Assembly (NCBI RefSeq): GCF_006345805.1
Contig: NC_043015.1
Location: 5,270,001 to 5,334,000, forward strand
Source of the DNA: Octopus sinensis
Lineage: Eukaryota
Length of the DNA: 64,000 nt
Direction of reading: 5' to 3'
Both the position numbers and the translations under genes were made by a program. Numbering within the stretch: the first letter of the stretch is position 1; every line of letters begins with the position of its first letter. The notes under the pieces are model-generated. The model made no database searches, was not told the DNA's origin, and saw only the letters and a list, made by a program, of their open reading frames with translations. Shown here in pieces: positions 39,214 to 51,005 of the stretch.

Positions 39214-39260
39214 ACCCAACGTTTCGTAGGATCATAGAATGAACCTGTCTGATCAGGTAA
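39214..39260 (-). ncRNA. Degenerate hammerhead-like motif (probably inactive)
   Basis: Minus strand: CTGATCA GACAGG..CCTAC GAAA CGTT GGGT. The core G8 is C and stem I is broken. Confidence 0.35.
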
Positions 39261-39879
39261 CAGAGAAGAATACAGGGTTTTGAGAGATTCAAGGCAGCTT
39301 GCAAATAACAGACCTCATCTTGCCAACTCAGGTTACGTCGTGATATAAATCCCAAAGCGCTATGAGTTCACATTTGTTTTTCTTAGTCCCATATGCTCGG
39401 ACAGGATGTTGGCAGACAACTGTCACTACCAGGACTACGAGCTACCTTAGCGACATCATCTCATTGCGTTTGATACCAAACATGGAAGTAGATTGTTATT
39501 GCTGATCGCTTAGTTGCACGGTGGGCGATCAGTAGTGAAGAGTAGGAGTTTAGCGGTAACAGTCTATCCGTGGAGATAAGTATATTTATTGGTTGTTGTT
39601 TATAATTTGGAGGTGTTAAATCAAAACAAAGGGTTGTTGTGTTAACATAGCTGTGGTTGTTGTCTATAAGGGCGGCAGATGTTAATTTGCTTTTGTAATC
39701 TACATAGCAACGCTCATACCACTTAATAGCATTACAAGATATCACTTTCGCACCTATATATGTGAGTGTGTGTATGTGAATGTGTGTGTGTGTAAGTGTG
39801 TGTGCATGTGTGTGTGTGTGTTTCTATGTTATTTCTACATATCTTATTTTGTTTTCAAATTTTGTCTCAAGCGCAATAA

Positions 39880-40053
39880 GATCGGCGGAGGGAGTAAGTA
39901 GTTTACATCGACAGTTTTATCTAACTTGGATCTATTTTACTGATCCCGAAAGGCAGTGTCAACCTTTGCAGAATTTGAATTCAGAACGTATAGATGGTCA
40001 CAATGCCACTTAGTATTTTACCTGGCATGCTAACGATTGTGCTAGCGCACAGC
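39880..40053 (-). mobile_element. Decayed SINE family B
   Basis: gatcccgaaaggcagtgtcaacctttgcagaatttgaattcagaacgta...gcatgctaacgatt. Confidence 0.7.
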
Positions 40054-40117
40054 ATCACATATACCTGTATTCATATGCATACAACCACTCGCACACGCAA
40101 TATTAGAAATATACAGA

Positions 40118-40502
40118 AGTAACGTACACTACTTAATTCTGCTTAGAACATCTGTTTAGACCGAAAAAGTTGTTATTCACAGCATTCGTCATTAATGCTT
40201 TGGACCTATTTATCCCCAAAACAAATTGAGCGAACAGTCGTAGCACGTAAGTAACAAACGTGATCATCCCGTCTCAGCGTCAAACGTTGCATATCTGGAT
40301 ACCGCTATCCACTTTAGCCTGAAGTTTTAGATTACCGAATATCTATTGTACTTTAAATTATCTTTCTTGTCATTTTAAGTAAACAACACCCACTATTCGA
40401 AAAGAAGTGCTTGATATCATTGTTTACATAGAACTAGTGAGTAAAGAAATGAAGTGAAGGAAATTTAACTGCTATATCTAACATAGAGAGCCATCGGTTA
40501 CT
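40118..40502 (+). repeat. Unclassified ~385-bp dispersed repeat, copy 2
   Basis: Homolog of 36531-36913; termini AGTAAC/GTTACT. Confidence 0.8.
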
Positions 40503-40537
40503 CTACGCAACTACTCACACGCACACACATATACGCA

Positions 40538-40586
<49 letters not shown>

Positions 40587-40591
40587 GTTTA

Positions 40592-40646
<55 letters not shown>

Positions 40647-40670
40647 TATATATTATATATATATACATAC

Positions 40671-40722
40671 ATGGTGCCCCAGCATGGCCAAAACGTAGGC
40701 CTGAAACAAAACAATAAAGAAT
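40671..40722 (+). mobile_element. Isolated CR1/SINE-A type 3' tail
   Basis: GGTGCCCCAGCATGGCC...CTGAAAC embedded in (TA)n. Confidence 0.7.
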
Positions 40723-40729
40723 ATATATA

Positions 40730-40777
<48 letters not shown>

Positions 40778-40779
40778 GT

Positions 40780-40913
40780 AGGTCCCGGGTTGATTCGGGG
40801 TTAACCACAGTAAATAAGGTACTCAATACATAGCAGAGTAAAATTAATTTATTATATAGAAGGAGCTTCTACAGGACTAGAACAGTTCTAGTCCTGTAGA
40901 AGCTCCTTCTATA

Positions 40914-40923
<10 letters not shown>
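40780..40923 (-). mobile_element. PLE pLTR fragment ending in a perfect 79-bp palindrome (arms 40845-40883 / 40885-40923)
   Basis: 39-bp exact inverted arms around A40884; same family as 13295-13473. Confidence 0.9.
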
Positions 40924-41005
<82 letters not shown>

Positions 41006-41322
41006 GAGAGAGAGATAGGGAGAGAGAGAAAGAGAGAAAGAGAGAGATATGTAAATGTTCGGGAGATGACTGGTAATCATTTGCTTTTTAATCACATCTG
41101 AAAAGATTTGTTCTTACAGTTGTTTATTCTCCAATCAACAAAAAGTAAAGAAGCAATTTGAAAGGAACGTGCTTCTAGACTATACATCGTCCGCAAGGTA
41201 CGAAAGACATGTCAAGATTTTACCAAATCATACCTCTTACCACCTTGTAATAATATAGAGACATTCGGCAATACGTTGCTTGATATAAGATATCTTTATA
41301 GTTCTTTATATAGTATATTCAA

Positions 41323-41662
41323 TAGGAGTGGCTGTGTGGTAAGTAGTTTGCTTACCAACCATATGATTCCTGTTTCAGTCCCACTGCGTGACACCTTGCC
41401 TTCTACTAAAGTCTAGGGCCGACCAAAGCTTTGTGAGTGGATGTGGTAGTGTGTGTGTTCCTGTGTTTGACCCCCAACATCGCTTGACAACCGATGCTGG
41501 TGTGCTTACGTCCCCCGTAATCTAGCGGTTCGGCAAGAAGAGACCGATATAATAAGTACTAGACTTACAACGAATAAGTTCTGGCGTCGATTTGCTCGGC
41601 TAAAAGGCGGTGCTCCAGCATGGCCTCAGTCGAATGACTGAAACAAGTAAAAGAGTAAAAAA
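41323..41662 (+). mobile_element. SINE family A (older subtype) lacking the internal (TA)n segment
   Basis: Head joined directly to the (TG)n and 3' half. Confidence 0.9.
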
Positions 41663-41799
41663 GTATTGAATTTTCTATAGTGAATTTACCACATTCAATA
41701 ATGCAGGGTATTATTTCAAGGTATATTCGCTGCTAATGATACCTGGCAGGCCGAACACATACCTTATATTTTTTGTTTTATGCATTATTTTCCATTAGA

Positions 41800-42196
41800 G
41801 ATTCATCCTTTTAATTTGTACCTTTACAACCACGCGCTTATAAACAAAAGAAAACCAAATATATTTTATGCACAATAGTTTATTTAAAATGTTATTCCAT
41901 TCCATTACAATATATTTAAAATGCTCCGGGGAGTTACACTTAAATACCAATTAATTGTTGTAATTTCAGAGATTTGGCTATTTATTTATATTCAACGTGT
42001 GTTTTTTCTTTTCTTTGAATTTCCTGCCACTGCAGAATTAAAAATACATCTTTCTCCATTGAAACTTGTGATATTTTAAATAACAATTACGTTTTTCAGT
42101 GGAGGTATGTTGCCATTAGATTATCTCTCTACTGAAATCTAGATACCTGTTATTAAGTACTCTAGAGTTGATACACGCTGCATTTACGTTGCAAAC
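41800..42196 (+). repeat. Unclassified old dispersed repeat, copy 2 of 3
   Basis: See 35740-36136. Confidence 0.8.
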
Positions 42197-42954
42197 ATCA
42201 CTTGCTTGTAGCTAATTAGAAAGAGTTTATACCCCTTTAGATATGTATGTATTAGTGTTCTACTTCAATTAAAGATGAGAGATCTTTTCCTAGCACTTTG
42301 GAGTCGTTTCCCTTTTCTTTTTTTTTCTCTTTTTTCTCAGTTCTAACCATGATTTGTAATCTCTAGATATTTGCACATTAAAAAAATATATAAACGACAG
42401 TAAATAGTTCTCTTGATCTAGTTAATTCTACGGACTATGATATTTGTTTATGCAGAAACGGGCACGGTACTTGGGGGTTAATCATACAGGAGAGTTTATG
42501 ACATTTGAAATGTATGTGTATGGACACAACTTCCTGACTTCGAAAATCCATGATCGGATCGATTTAAACAATGTTATGAGCTGTATAATATCATTGAAAC
42601 AAGCTATTTTCAGATTAATACTAAGGCTACCTCTCTACTTAGTAGTGTTTCTAGATATGGTATTCTGGGCATGTGAAGGGGAAGATTAAGGTAAACTCGA
42701 CGATGACCTTTTTCAGTTCCTACGTAGGAACACGCAATTATTCTGTCGACTAGAAAAAGTGACATCACTTCAGTGGAATCTGAATACGACAGCTTCACTT
42801 TTTATACATTTATGTCTTCCAAATATTTCGTGCTTTAACTTTAAATGACAGAAATAAGAAAGATTATACCACAAACCAGAAGCATCTATATATCTTTGCC
42901 AAGATACACCTGTAGTATTATATTGGTATGGCAAATCAAAATCATTATAGAAGA

Positions 42955-43220
42955 TAGCAAATATTTTCAATGGAGAAAGCTGTATTTGTAATTTTGAAGT
43001 TGCAGGAAATTTAAAGAAGTAGCGGATAAACGAAAACAACCAAAAATCTGTAATTAAAACAATTAATTAGTATTTAAGTGTAAATCCCAGGAGCACTTTA
43101 AATATGTTGTAATGGAATGGAGTAACATCTTAAATAAAATATCATGCGCGAAGCACACCGGAATTCGTCTTGCTTTTCACCTGTTGATGTAATGATAGGA
43201 AATAACTGGATGGAATCCCA
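42955..43220 (-). repeat. Unclassified old dispersed repeat, copy 3 of 3 (inverted)
   Basis: Reverse complement contains TTTATTTAAGATGTTACTCCATTCCATTACAAC...CTCCTGGGATTTACACTTAAATAC. Confidence 0.8.
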
Positions 43221-43249
43221 ACGGCTAAATAACAAGAAGACTAAAACCA

Positions 43250-43340
43250 CCACTACCACCACTACTACTACTACTACTTCTACTACTACTACTGATGGTG
43301 ATGATGATGACGACGACGACGATGATGATGATGATGATAA
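43250..43340. repeat. Compound trinucleotide repeat (ACY)n(GAY)n
   Basis: Direct reading. Confidence 0.95.
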
Positions 43341-43624
43341 TAGAAGGAATTCATAAATCAATAAATTTAACTGTCTGGTTTATATTTGAGTGGTTGTAAT
43401 TATGTATATGGTGGTTGTCTAATCCTTATGCAGAGCTTGACCATGCCCTGTGTCTATACCTTAGACCTATCATGGTAACTGATGTAGAATTTTAGACTTG
43501 GGTTCCCAAATGAGATTGGAATCCAGCAAAATAAAGGCACGGTATGTCACAAATTGTGCATACAAAAAGGTAATGTTATCGATGGTAACATTCCTCCTTA
43601 AATGACTCGTCTTACATGCGTTAT

Positions 43625-43770
43625 CCTGGCCTTTCAATCCACTCTACACTTTTATTCACCATCCACCTCGATCGGAAGCAAGGGTTTCTATGTCCTCTGG
43701 ATCTCTTCTAAGTGATTTCTTAGTACTCCTTATGTCGTCCTTAAACCTTTTTTCTGGATTCCGCTCTACA
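43625..43770 (-). mobile_element. RTE-clade LINE ORF2 C-terminal fragment
   Basis: ..PEKRFKDDIRST.KSL..DPEDIETLASDRGGW*.KV.SG.K matches the RTE C-terminal pattern (KRFKD...WE.LA.DR..WR). Confidence 0.65.
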
Positions 43771-43984
43771 AGCTGAAAGTAATAGTTTTGAAAATAATAC
43801 TCAGATTACAAAAAAGAGTACCAAATATCCCCTGGCGAAAAAGTCCCTACATTATTACCATGGAAGTCATATTGTCTTAGCTCTAGATCCTACACCGTTT
43901 GATAGTGTTATGCAATGGAATAGATACTTATCTGTCCTTACTATGCCTGAAACATGTAAATGTTAAAAAGAAATTTCTTTTGCT

Positions 43985-44069
<85 letters not shown>

Positions 44070-44336
44070 ATAATAAATATTAGGGAATAAATCCAAACTT
44101 ACAGGGAAAAATCAGATTTAGGATTGAATCCAATTTTATAGTAAAATATTATATTATATTATATTATATTAAATTAGAGACAAAAATTATATTTTTTTAA
44201 TAATTTTGTTATATATTTAAATAATATGAAGTAAATAATCTTATGTATTGGCTTAAGTTTTTCATTGTATGATTTGCCTAATAGTGGTTTTGTCTCTAAT
44301 TTAATATAATATATATATTATATATATATATATATA

Positions 44337-44508
44337 GGCGTAAGAGTGGCTGTGTGGTAAGTAGCTTGCTTACCAACCACGATGATTCCGGGTTCAGTCC
44401 CACTGCGTGGCACCTTTGGAAAGTATCATCTACTATAACATCGGGCCGACCAAAGCCTTGTGACTAGATATGATAGACGGAAACTGAAAGAAACCCGTCG
44501 TATATATG

Positions 44509-44545
<37 letters not shown>

Positions 44546-44767
44546 TCTCTGTGTGTGTGTTTGTGTATCTGTGTTTGTCCCCCAACATCGCTTGACAACC
44601 GGTGTTGGTGCGTTTACATCCCCGTAACTAAGCGGTTCGGCAAAATAAACCGATAGAATAAGTACTAGGCTTACAAAGAATAAGTCCTGATGGCAATTTC
44701 CTTGACTAAAGGCGACGCTTCAGCATGGCTGCTGTCAAATGACTGAAACAAGTAAAAGAGAGTAAAA
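44337..44767 (+). mobile_element. SINE family A (older subtype)
   Basis: Full length. Confidence 0.93.
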
Positions 44768-44822
44768 TAGATATATATGATGCAAGTCGTAATACTCTCT
44801 ACATTAGCATTATATGTATCCA

Positions 44823-45100
44823 GTGAAAGCACGTGTCGTAGAGCTTAGTCTTTTCGGCTCATGATCATGTAGTCGTGCATTTTCTCAGCAGCTCGCTGTA
44901 TACTTCAACAACACACTTTATCTCACATTGTTCGAAGCCACTCTGTTTGCAAAAATGAATAGTACCTGTATTTCAAAGGACTGGTCTTGTCACATTCTGT
45001 GTCACGCTAATATCCCTGAGAACTAGGTTAAGGGTATAAGAGTCTGTCCCGTTTAACGAATGAACAGGAACCTTCGTCTGCGTAACCGACGGGGTGCTAG
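44823..45100 (+). mobile_element. Decayed tRNA-SINE (family E)
   Basis: Worn tRNA head, ACACTTTATCTCACATTG, GCAAAAATGAATAGTACCTGTATTTCAAAGG...TTGTCACATTCTGTGTCACGCT. Confidence 0.6.
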
Positions 45101-45136
45101 ATATGAGCCCAGGTGTCTTCAGAATTTTAGACTTTA

Positions 45137-45532
45137 CTAGAAGTATCGCCTGGCGTTGCTCGGGTTTGTAAGGGAAATAACTATATAAGCATTTTTAGAG
45201 ATGTAAAGTATAATAGCCATCTCAATATGGCTAACCACAAGGGGGGGGGGGGTACTGTAGCTTTTTACTTTCTGAGATTTAATAATAAATTTTTAGAGAG
45301 TTACTTCCCTTATATATGCCAAAAATGCATTAAAACATGGGAAAAATTGATGGTAATTTTTTTTTTATCGTAGACTCATCGTAGACGCGCGCTAATACCC
45401 AGAAGGGCTCGATATGAATCACGACTATAAGATACCCGGTTTTGGTTAAACTGCACTGCAAACTGTGGGAGTAGTTAGGGATCTAAATCGTAGGAGACAG
45501 ACAGCACACAACCTCTCTTTTACATATAAAGA
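45137..45532 (-). mobile_element. Non-autonomous Helitron, copy 2
   Basis: Same TC...hairpin-CTAG termini in an A|T target as 7103-7501, with a different internal segment. Confidence 0.85.
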
Positions 45533-46200
45533 TTTGCTTAACGTCAACTCAAATTCAGAAGGTCGATCATTCCTCGAGATTATCGTGCATGCGTATGTGT
45601 AGTCAGTTACAATTACTATTAATTAGTTGTTTGCTTACCTCCTTCGAAGCGACGGTAATTTCAATGCACCAGTTAATAACATTGTAAATAAATTAAGTAT
45701 ATACGAAGAAGAAAGCTGTAACAAGTCCACATTTCATAGATATTGTTGTGATATTCTGATTCTCTGTGAATGACATGCAGGCAGAATGCATAATTTAATA
45801 TAACTCCCTTTAATGCTCCTAATATATAATTTTATCCTAGATGCATTGCATATACAAAATGAAAAAAAAAATCAAGTTAAAAGAACAAATCAAACAAGCT
45901 GAAGAAAAAATTCAGGTAAACCATGTTGATATACTCAATTACGTAGGCAAAGAATTCTTAATGAATTTAAATTAGTTTTTCAGTTGGCGAACTGCAACAA
46001 AATCTAGTGAATCTCCCTAGCGTCCGGTAGAGAAAAGATTTAGTATTTTTAAAAAATTAAAAAGAAATTTAGTTTCAAACGTAACAGAAAATCGTACGTT
46101 TTTGGGAAAATGTTTGAAATATTGGATAAGATTTAATATTCTTCCTTTCTTTCTTTCTTTCTCTCTCCATCTCCATTTCTACTTTTTAATATCTATCTTC

Positions 46201-46257
<57 letters not shown>

Positions 46258-46271
46258 ATATATATATTTAT

Positions 46272-46816
46272 ATTTCATCTAGTTTCAGCTGACGAGCTTT
46301 GGCTATGCTGGGGCACCGCCATTCAGTGTTGCTACATAATTTTACTTCACGATTTTTTTTTAGCTATTGACATTTGGTGCATAAGAGAGTTTGATGTAGC
46401 TGCCGTTATCTGCACTTCTTGGCGCGAAGTTGGTTCATCTCGGACACCTGACAGGAAGAGGGCCAGTTATATTTTGAAGACACCTACATCCATCCCATTC
46501 AGGTCTCTCAGGTCCTTCGGGAGGATATTAAAGAGCTGTAGACCTCTGAAGCCCAGGCTATGGCAGTATCTTGTCCTGCATCTTCATGGCAAATTTGGAG
46601 TCCTTGGCACTATGTATTGGCGCCCAGTTCTAATATTTGTGTAACTCTCGATGCCAAAATTTGGGACAGGTTCTTCCAGGATCTTCCAGATGTATATTAT
46701 GGCATATCTTTCTCGCCTACGTGCTGCATAGAGGCTATATTCTCCGAGTAGCTTCGTTGGATTGCCCCAAGCTTTGCGATTAATTTGGGGACCATAGCTC
46801 AGAGCAATAGTCAAAA
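46272..46816 (-). mobile_element. CR1-group LINE 3' end (ORF2 C-terminus plus 3' UTR/tail)
   Basis: FDYCSELWSP, IAKLGAIQRSY, RRERYAIIYIWKILEEPVPNFG, LGFRGLQLFNILPKDLR, FLSGVRDEP, SNSLMHQ*; tail GGCGGTGCCCCAGCATAGCC...CTGAAAC. Confidence 0.9.
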
Positions 46817-47500
46817 ATTCAACAACTAAATAGAAACTGACATTTACTGTAGGCCTACGGTCTTCAAACAATATCTACCATTCCGTTCATATCATTCAAC
46901 ACGTGTCAAATTGAATGCCGTTTTGATCTATCCAAAAGGATTTGTACAAAAGCATCTGATACAAACATCACAATATAAGACTCCAAGACCTGAAAGATAA
47001 ACTCCTCCAACATCCTTAATTAATGATGAAATTTAACATGCCCATACATTCAGTGACCAGTAACGTAGACAACCGAAACTAAGAAATTTATCGAATTGAA
47101 GTCTCCTCCTACAATCCCGAACATAATACGGCCTAAAAGATAATGTTCCATAACATATAGTTAGTGAAAAAAGAAGACATAACGATAAGCTAAAATCTCG
47201 AAACACACCTAAAATAAAGGGCAGCATAAATCGATGAGAAATACCAACTTCCGAAAAATAATAACAAAATAAACAGTAAAACATCTGGTGGACCCATCTG
47301 TGGTATTCGTTTTAATCAGACAAAACAATCCTAAATTCGTTTCAAACACAGACAACTCGTTACAATAAAAACAAACATAATTTGATCTATGGAACGGAAA
47401 ATCTAAACAATGTAATAATATGCTCAGGATCTAAGGAACATTACATTTGACAAACAGAAACGAATAAACCTACATATTTCGGAAATTAAGATATGAGAAT
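46817..47500 (+). mobile_element. Decayed Penelope-like RT thumb/linker fragment
   Basis: IETDIYCRPTVFKQYLPFRSYHS..VKLN.PFDLSKRICTKASDTN...RLQDLK; homology is clear to about 47030 and weak beyond. Confidence 0.7.
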
Positions 47501-47524
47501 ATTGACAAATAACACATAACATAG

Positions 47525-47688
47525 CCGCAGGAGTGGCTGTGCGGTAAGTAGCTTGCTAACCAACCACATGGTTCCGGGTTCAGTCCCACTGCGTGGCTCC
47601 TTGGGCAAGTGTCTTCTACTATGGCCCCGGGCCGACCAATGCCTAGTGAGTGGATTTGGTAGACGGAAACTAACAGAAGCCTGTCGTA

Positions 47689-47726
<38 letters not shown>

Positions 47727-47934
47727 TGTGTGTCTGTGTTTGTCCCCCTAGCATTGCTTGACAACCGATGCTGGTGTGTTTACGTCCCCGTCACTTAGCG
47801 GTTCGGCAAAAGAGACCGATAGAATAAGTACTGGGCTTACAAAGAATAAGTCCCGGGATCGATTTGCTCGACTAAAGGCGGTGCTCCAGCATGGCCGCAG
47901 TCAAATGACTGAAACAAGTAAAAGAGTAAAAGAG
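47525..47934 (+). mobile_element. SINE family A (young subtype)
   Basis: Full length. Confidence 0.95.
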
Positions 47935-50819
47935 AGAGAGGTAAAGAGTATATAAACTGGTACGAAACAACAGGACATTACACACCGCATGATCAGTCAT
48001 TTTCATCTAATATTTTGAAAAGGGGCAATATTTTGAATTGTTTACTACGTTTCTAATCCATCTTAGAGGACATGCCTAGGATACTGGCATTTATTTTCTC
48101 TTCATTAAACAATTAAAAAAAAAATTGCTAATAAAAGAAAATTGTCAAACATCAGTTATCTTTAATTCTGTAACGCAATTTCACAAGCTAAACGCAGCTA
48201 AATACGCTATTAACCAGTCCATTTGGTCGCAGAATGATTTTGGTAATCCACTGTATCTTGGTAAATGTTTTATAACTTCTGAGTATCAAGCATTAACAGT
48301 GAACGTCCAGAGAAAGCGGTATCAGTTAATTGGTTTTTATGGCTTTATAGATTACTTGCAAATGCCACTCAGCTTTAGAATGTGGCATTTCAGCATGTGT
48401 GAAATAAGTTTCGAAATTACACTTCTGTTCTGATTTATCAAATCTATTATTGAAATTAGCTTGTTTTCTTTGACTCAACAACCTCACTTACGAACTGATT
48501 CACAGTTTGCGAGATTATTGCATCAAGATGTTACACAACTAATGGGAATGTAAACTTTATAATGGCCGACAAAATTTGTAAAATTCTATGCATGAAGTTT
48601 TATATATCGACTGTCATTATCTTATCTCGTACTTAGAGATCTATGATGGCAGGCATGCCATGTTGTCTCGATATAATTGAATGAAAGGGGAAAATTTCAT
48701 AGGGACTCCTGCTGTATTAAAAATTAATAATAAATTGTGCGGTAACAGATAGAAGGATTAAACTCACCAACTATTTCATTCTATATTATGTTGCATTTAA
48801 TTAAATCAAATTGAGGAGAGTCGTAGTCACTAACTTTTATTTTCTTTCTCTTCAACTGGAGTTAAAAAAGTTTTTGCAGTATTAATTAATTGAAAGACAA
48901 ACACTTGGAGTATATACAGCAAGCCTACCATATGGGTTTTAAAAGAATATCATGTGATTAAAATTATATTTCTACTTACTCAAACACAGTGCTGTGCTTC
49001 TATAAATTATTTAATATACCAACAAACCAATTTTCGGTATTTCGCAGTGCACGCTTTTTCTCCAGCTATTTTCCTAGCGTAGTTATGAATTTCGAATGAA
49101 TTTACGTTTTCAGTATATTATGCAATTAGTTAGAAAATTCTATTCTACCTGTCTTAAAGAAATGAATAGCATTTACCGATGAAGCAGAAATAAAATATGA
49201 AAATAGCGAAGTCAATCACTTTTTCCTTCCGGCAGATGAAAATTATATTAAAACACAATGTTTGGTGTACTTATTCTCTAGTTCCATCGTCGTATTTACT
49301 GTTGATCCCAGCATTTGAATCAGGCTCTCGTTTTCTTTATATCTATACAATGACTGATGGCCCTTTATCATGTGTGTAAATCTTCTTAAACCAGAAGACA
49401 ACGGATTGCATGTGCTCAATACACATTCCCCTTATTAACTTGTTATAATACATATTAGGGAAGTTCAAACCGTCAATAATGAAAGTGCTTGTATATGCTT
49501 TGTACATATTCTCTTATATCGTGATATATATTTGCACACATACAGAGACACATACAGGCATAAGCATACACACACAAACACACACACACACACATATATA
49601 AGCCCAACACACAAACAGGGACACACACACAAAGGTGCACGCGCGCACACTTACATATATGGCAATTTTGAAAAATGTTAGCTTTGTTGAGGGGCAAGTT
49701 TCTCAATATCAACTCCGCTATCTATGAAAATTATTTATATACTAAAATAGTATTTTACAGTAATATATCGATATTACATCAAATAACAGTGTGACTCTCC
49801 ATAGCAGCAGCTAAATAAATCACGTTTATCATTTTATATATATATATATAAGTTTACAACATTAATATGGCTCACAATTGTAATCGTAATACATATATCC
49901 TTTTCTGTCTAAGATTGAATTCACCCATAACTACCACGTGTTAGGCGATTATATGCTTGGTGATAGTGATTGGTGGTTAGATGGCTTAGCCTATTTTCTA
50001 TATCATCTATAGAACGAAAACTGGAATATGTAGCAAAGAAGATCTCTTGTAAATGAATTTCATGCTCGTTCAAGCGGGAAACTACTATGTTTCCCGCAAC
50101 CGTTATATTTTTAAGTGGTTGTGTAGTAACTGAGCGTTAGATGGAATATTTGCCGGTTATCGTTGCAAAATAGGCGATATTAATGGAGTTATATATATAA
50201 GATGCCAAAAAAAAATAATCTTTTCTTGTAGATTCTATACTGAGTAACTATTACAGGTTAAATATTTTGATGGATGTATTCTCCATGATAATATTGCACC
50301 TCATGGTTTATAGTCAGCTAATGGAATGCCAGCGTGTGATTTATGCAAATTCTTTCCGAGATAAAGGCTGTAACTTCATGCTCAGTCGACATAAGTAATT
50401 GTATTACTTGAATGAGTTGTCTTGAAAACCCTCTTTTTCCAGTTCCACGATATTACAAAATAGAATTGATCCATATACTTATACTTGCATACACATTCGC
50501 ACAGATGTACACACACATCAGGCAAATAAGCGCACACTCTAATGCTATGCATAGACACACAAATATATGTGTATGTATGTGGGCGTGGCCGCGTGTGTGA
50601 GTATGTTTCTGCATGTGTGTTCGGTAGAACAAACAGGATGTATAGGACTTGAATCCATTCGTTAATTCGGTAAGGATTAAAAGATAAGTTACAGATGTAA
50701 ACATGATGCAGACGTGACTGTGCGGTAAAGAGGTAAAGAGATATGTTCCCAACAACATCTATCTGGGTTCATTCCTGCATAAAACTGAATAAAGCCCATC
50801 ATGTATGTATGTATGGATA

Positions 50820-50837
50820 TTTATAAATATATATACA

Positions 50838-50893
<56 letters not shown>

Positions 50894-50916
50894 ATATACA
50901 TATATGCGCAGAAATG

Positions 50917-50969
<53 letters not shown>

Positions 50970-51005
50970 TATATATATAATAGTATATATATATTATATA
51001 TATAT
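50820..51005. repeat. Interrupted (TA)n tract
   Basis: Direct reading. Confidence 0.95.

Noticed and set aside
42716-42731. 16-bp perfect palindrome GTTCCTACGTAGGAAC
   Set aside because: About one such palindrome is expected by chance in 64 kb.
46102-46644. Longest ORF in the track (180 aa, plus strand)
   Set aside because: It is microsatellite plus the antisense strand of the CR1 fragment.
48125-48585. 102-aa ORF and a minus-strand GTAAGTGAG donor at 48491
   Set aside because: The ORF has no recognisable motif, and the putative exon has stops in all frames.
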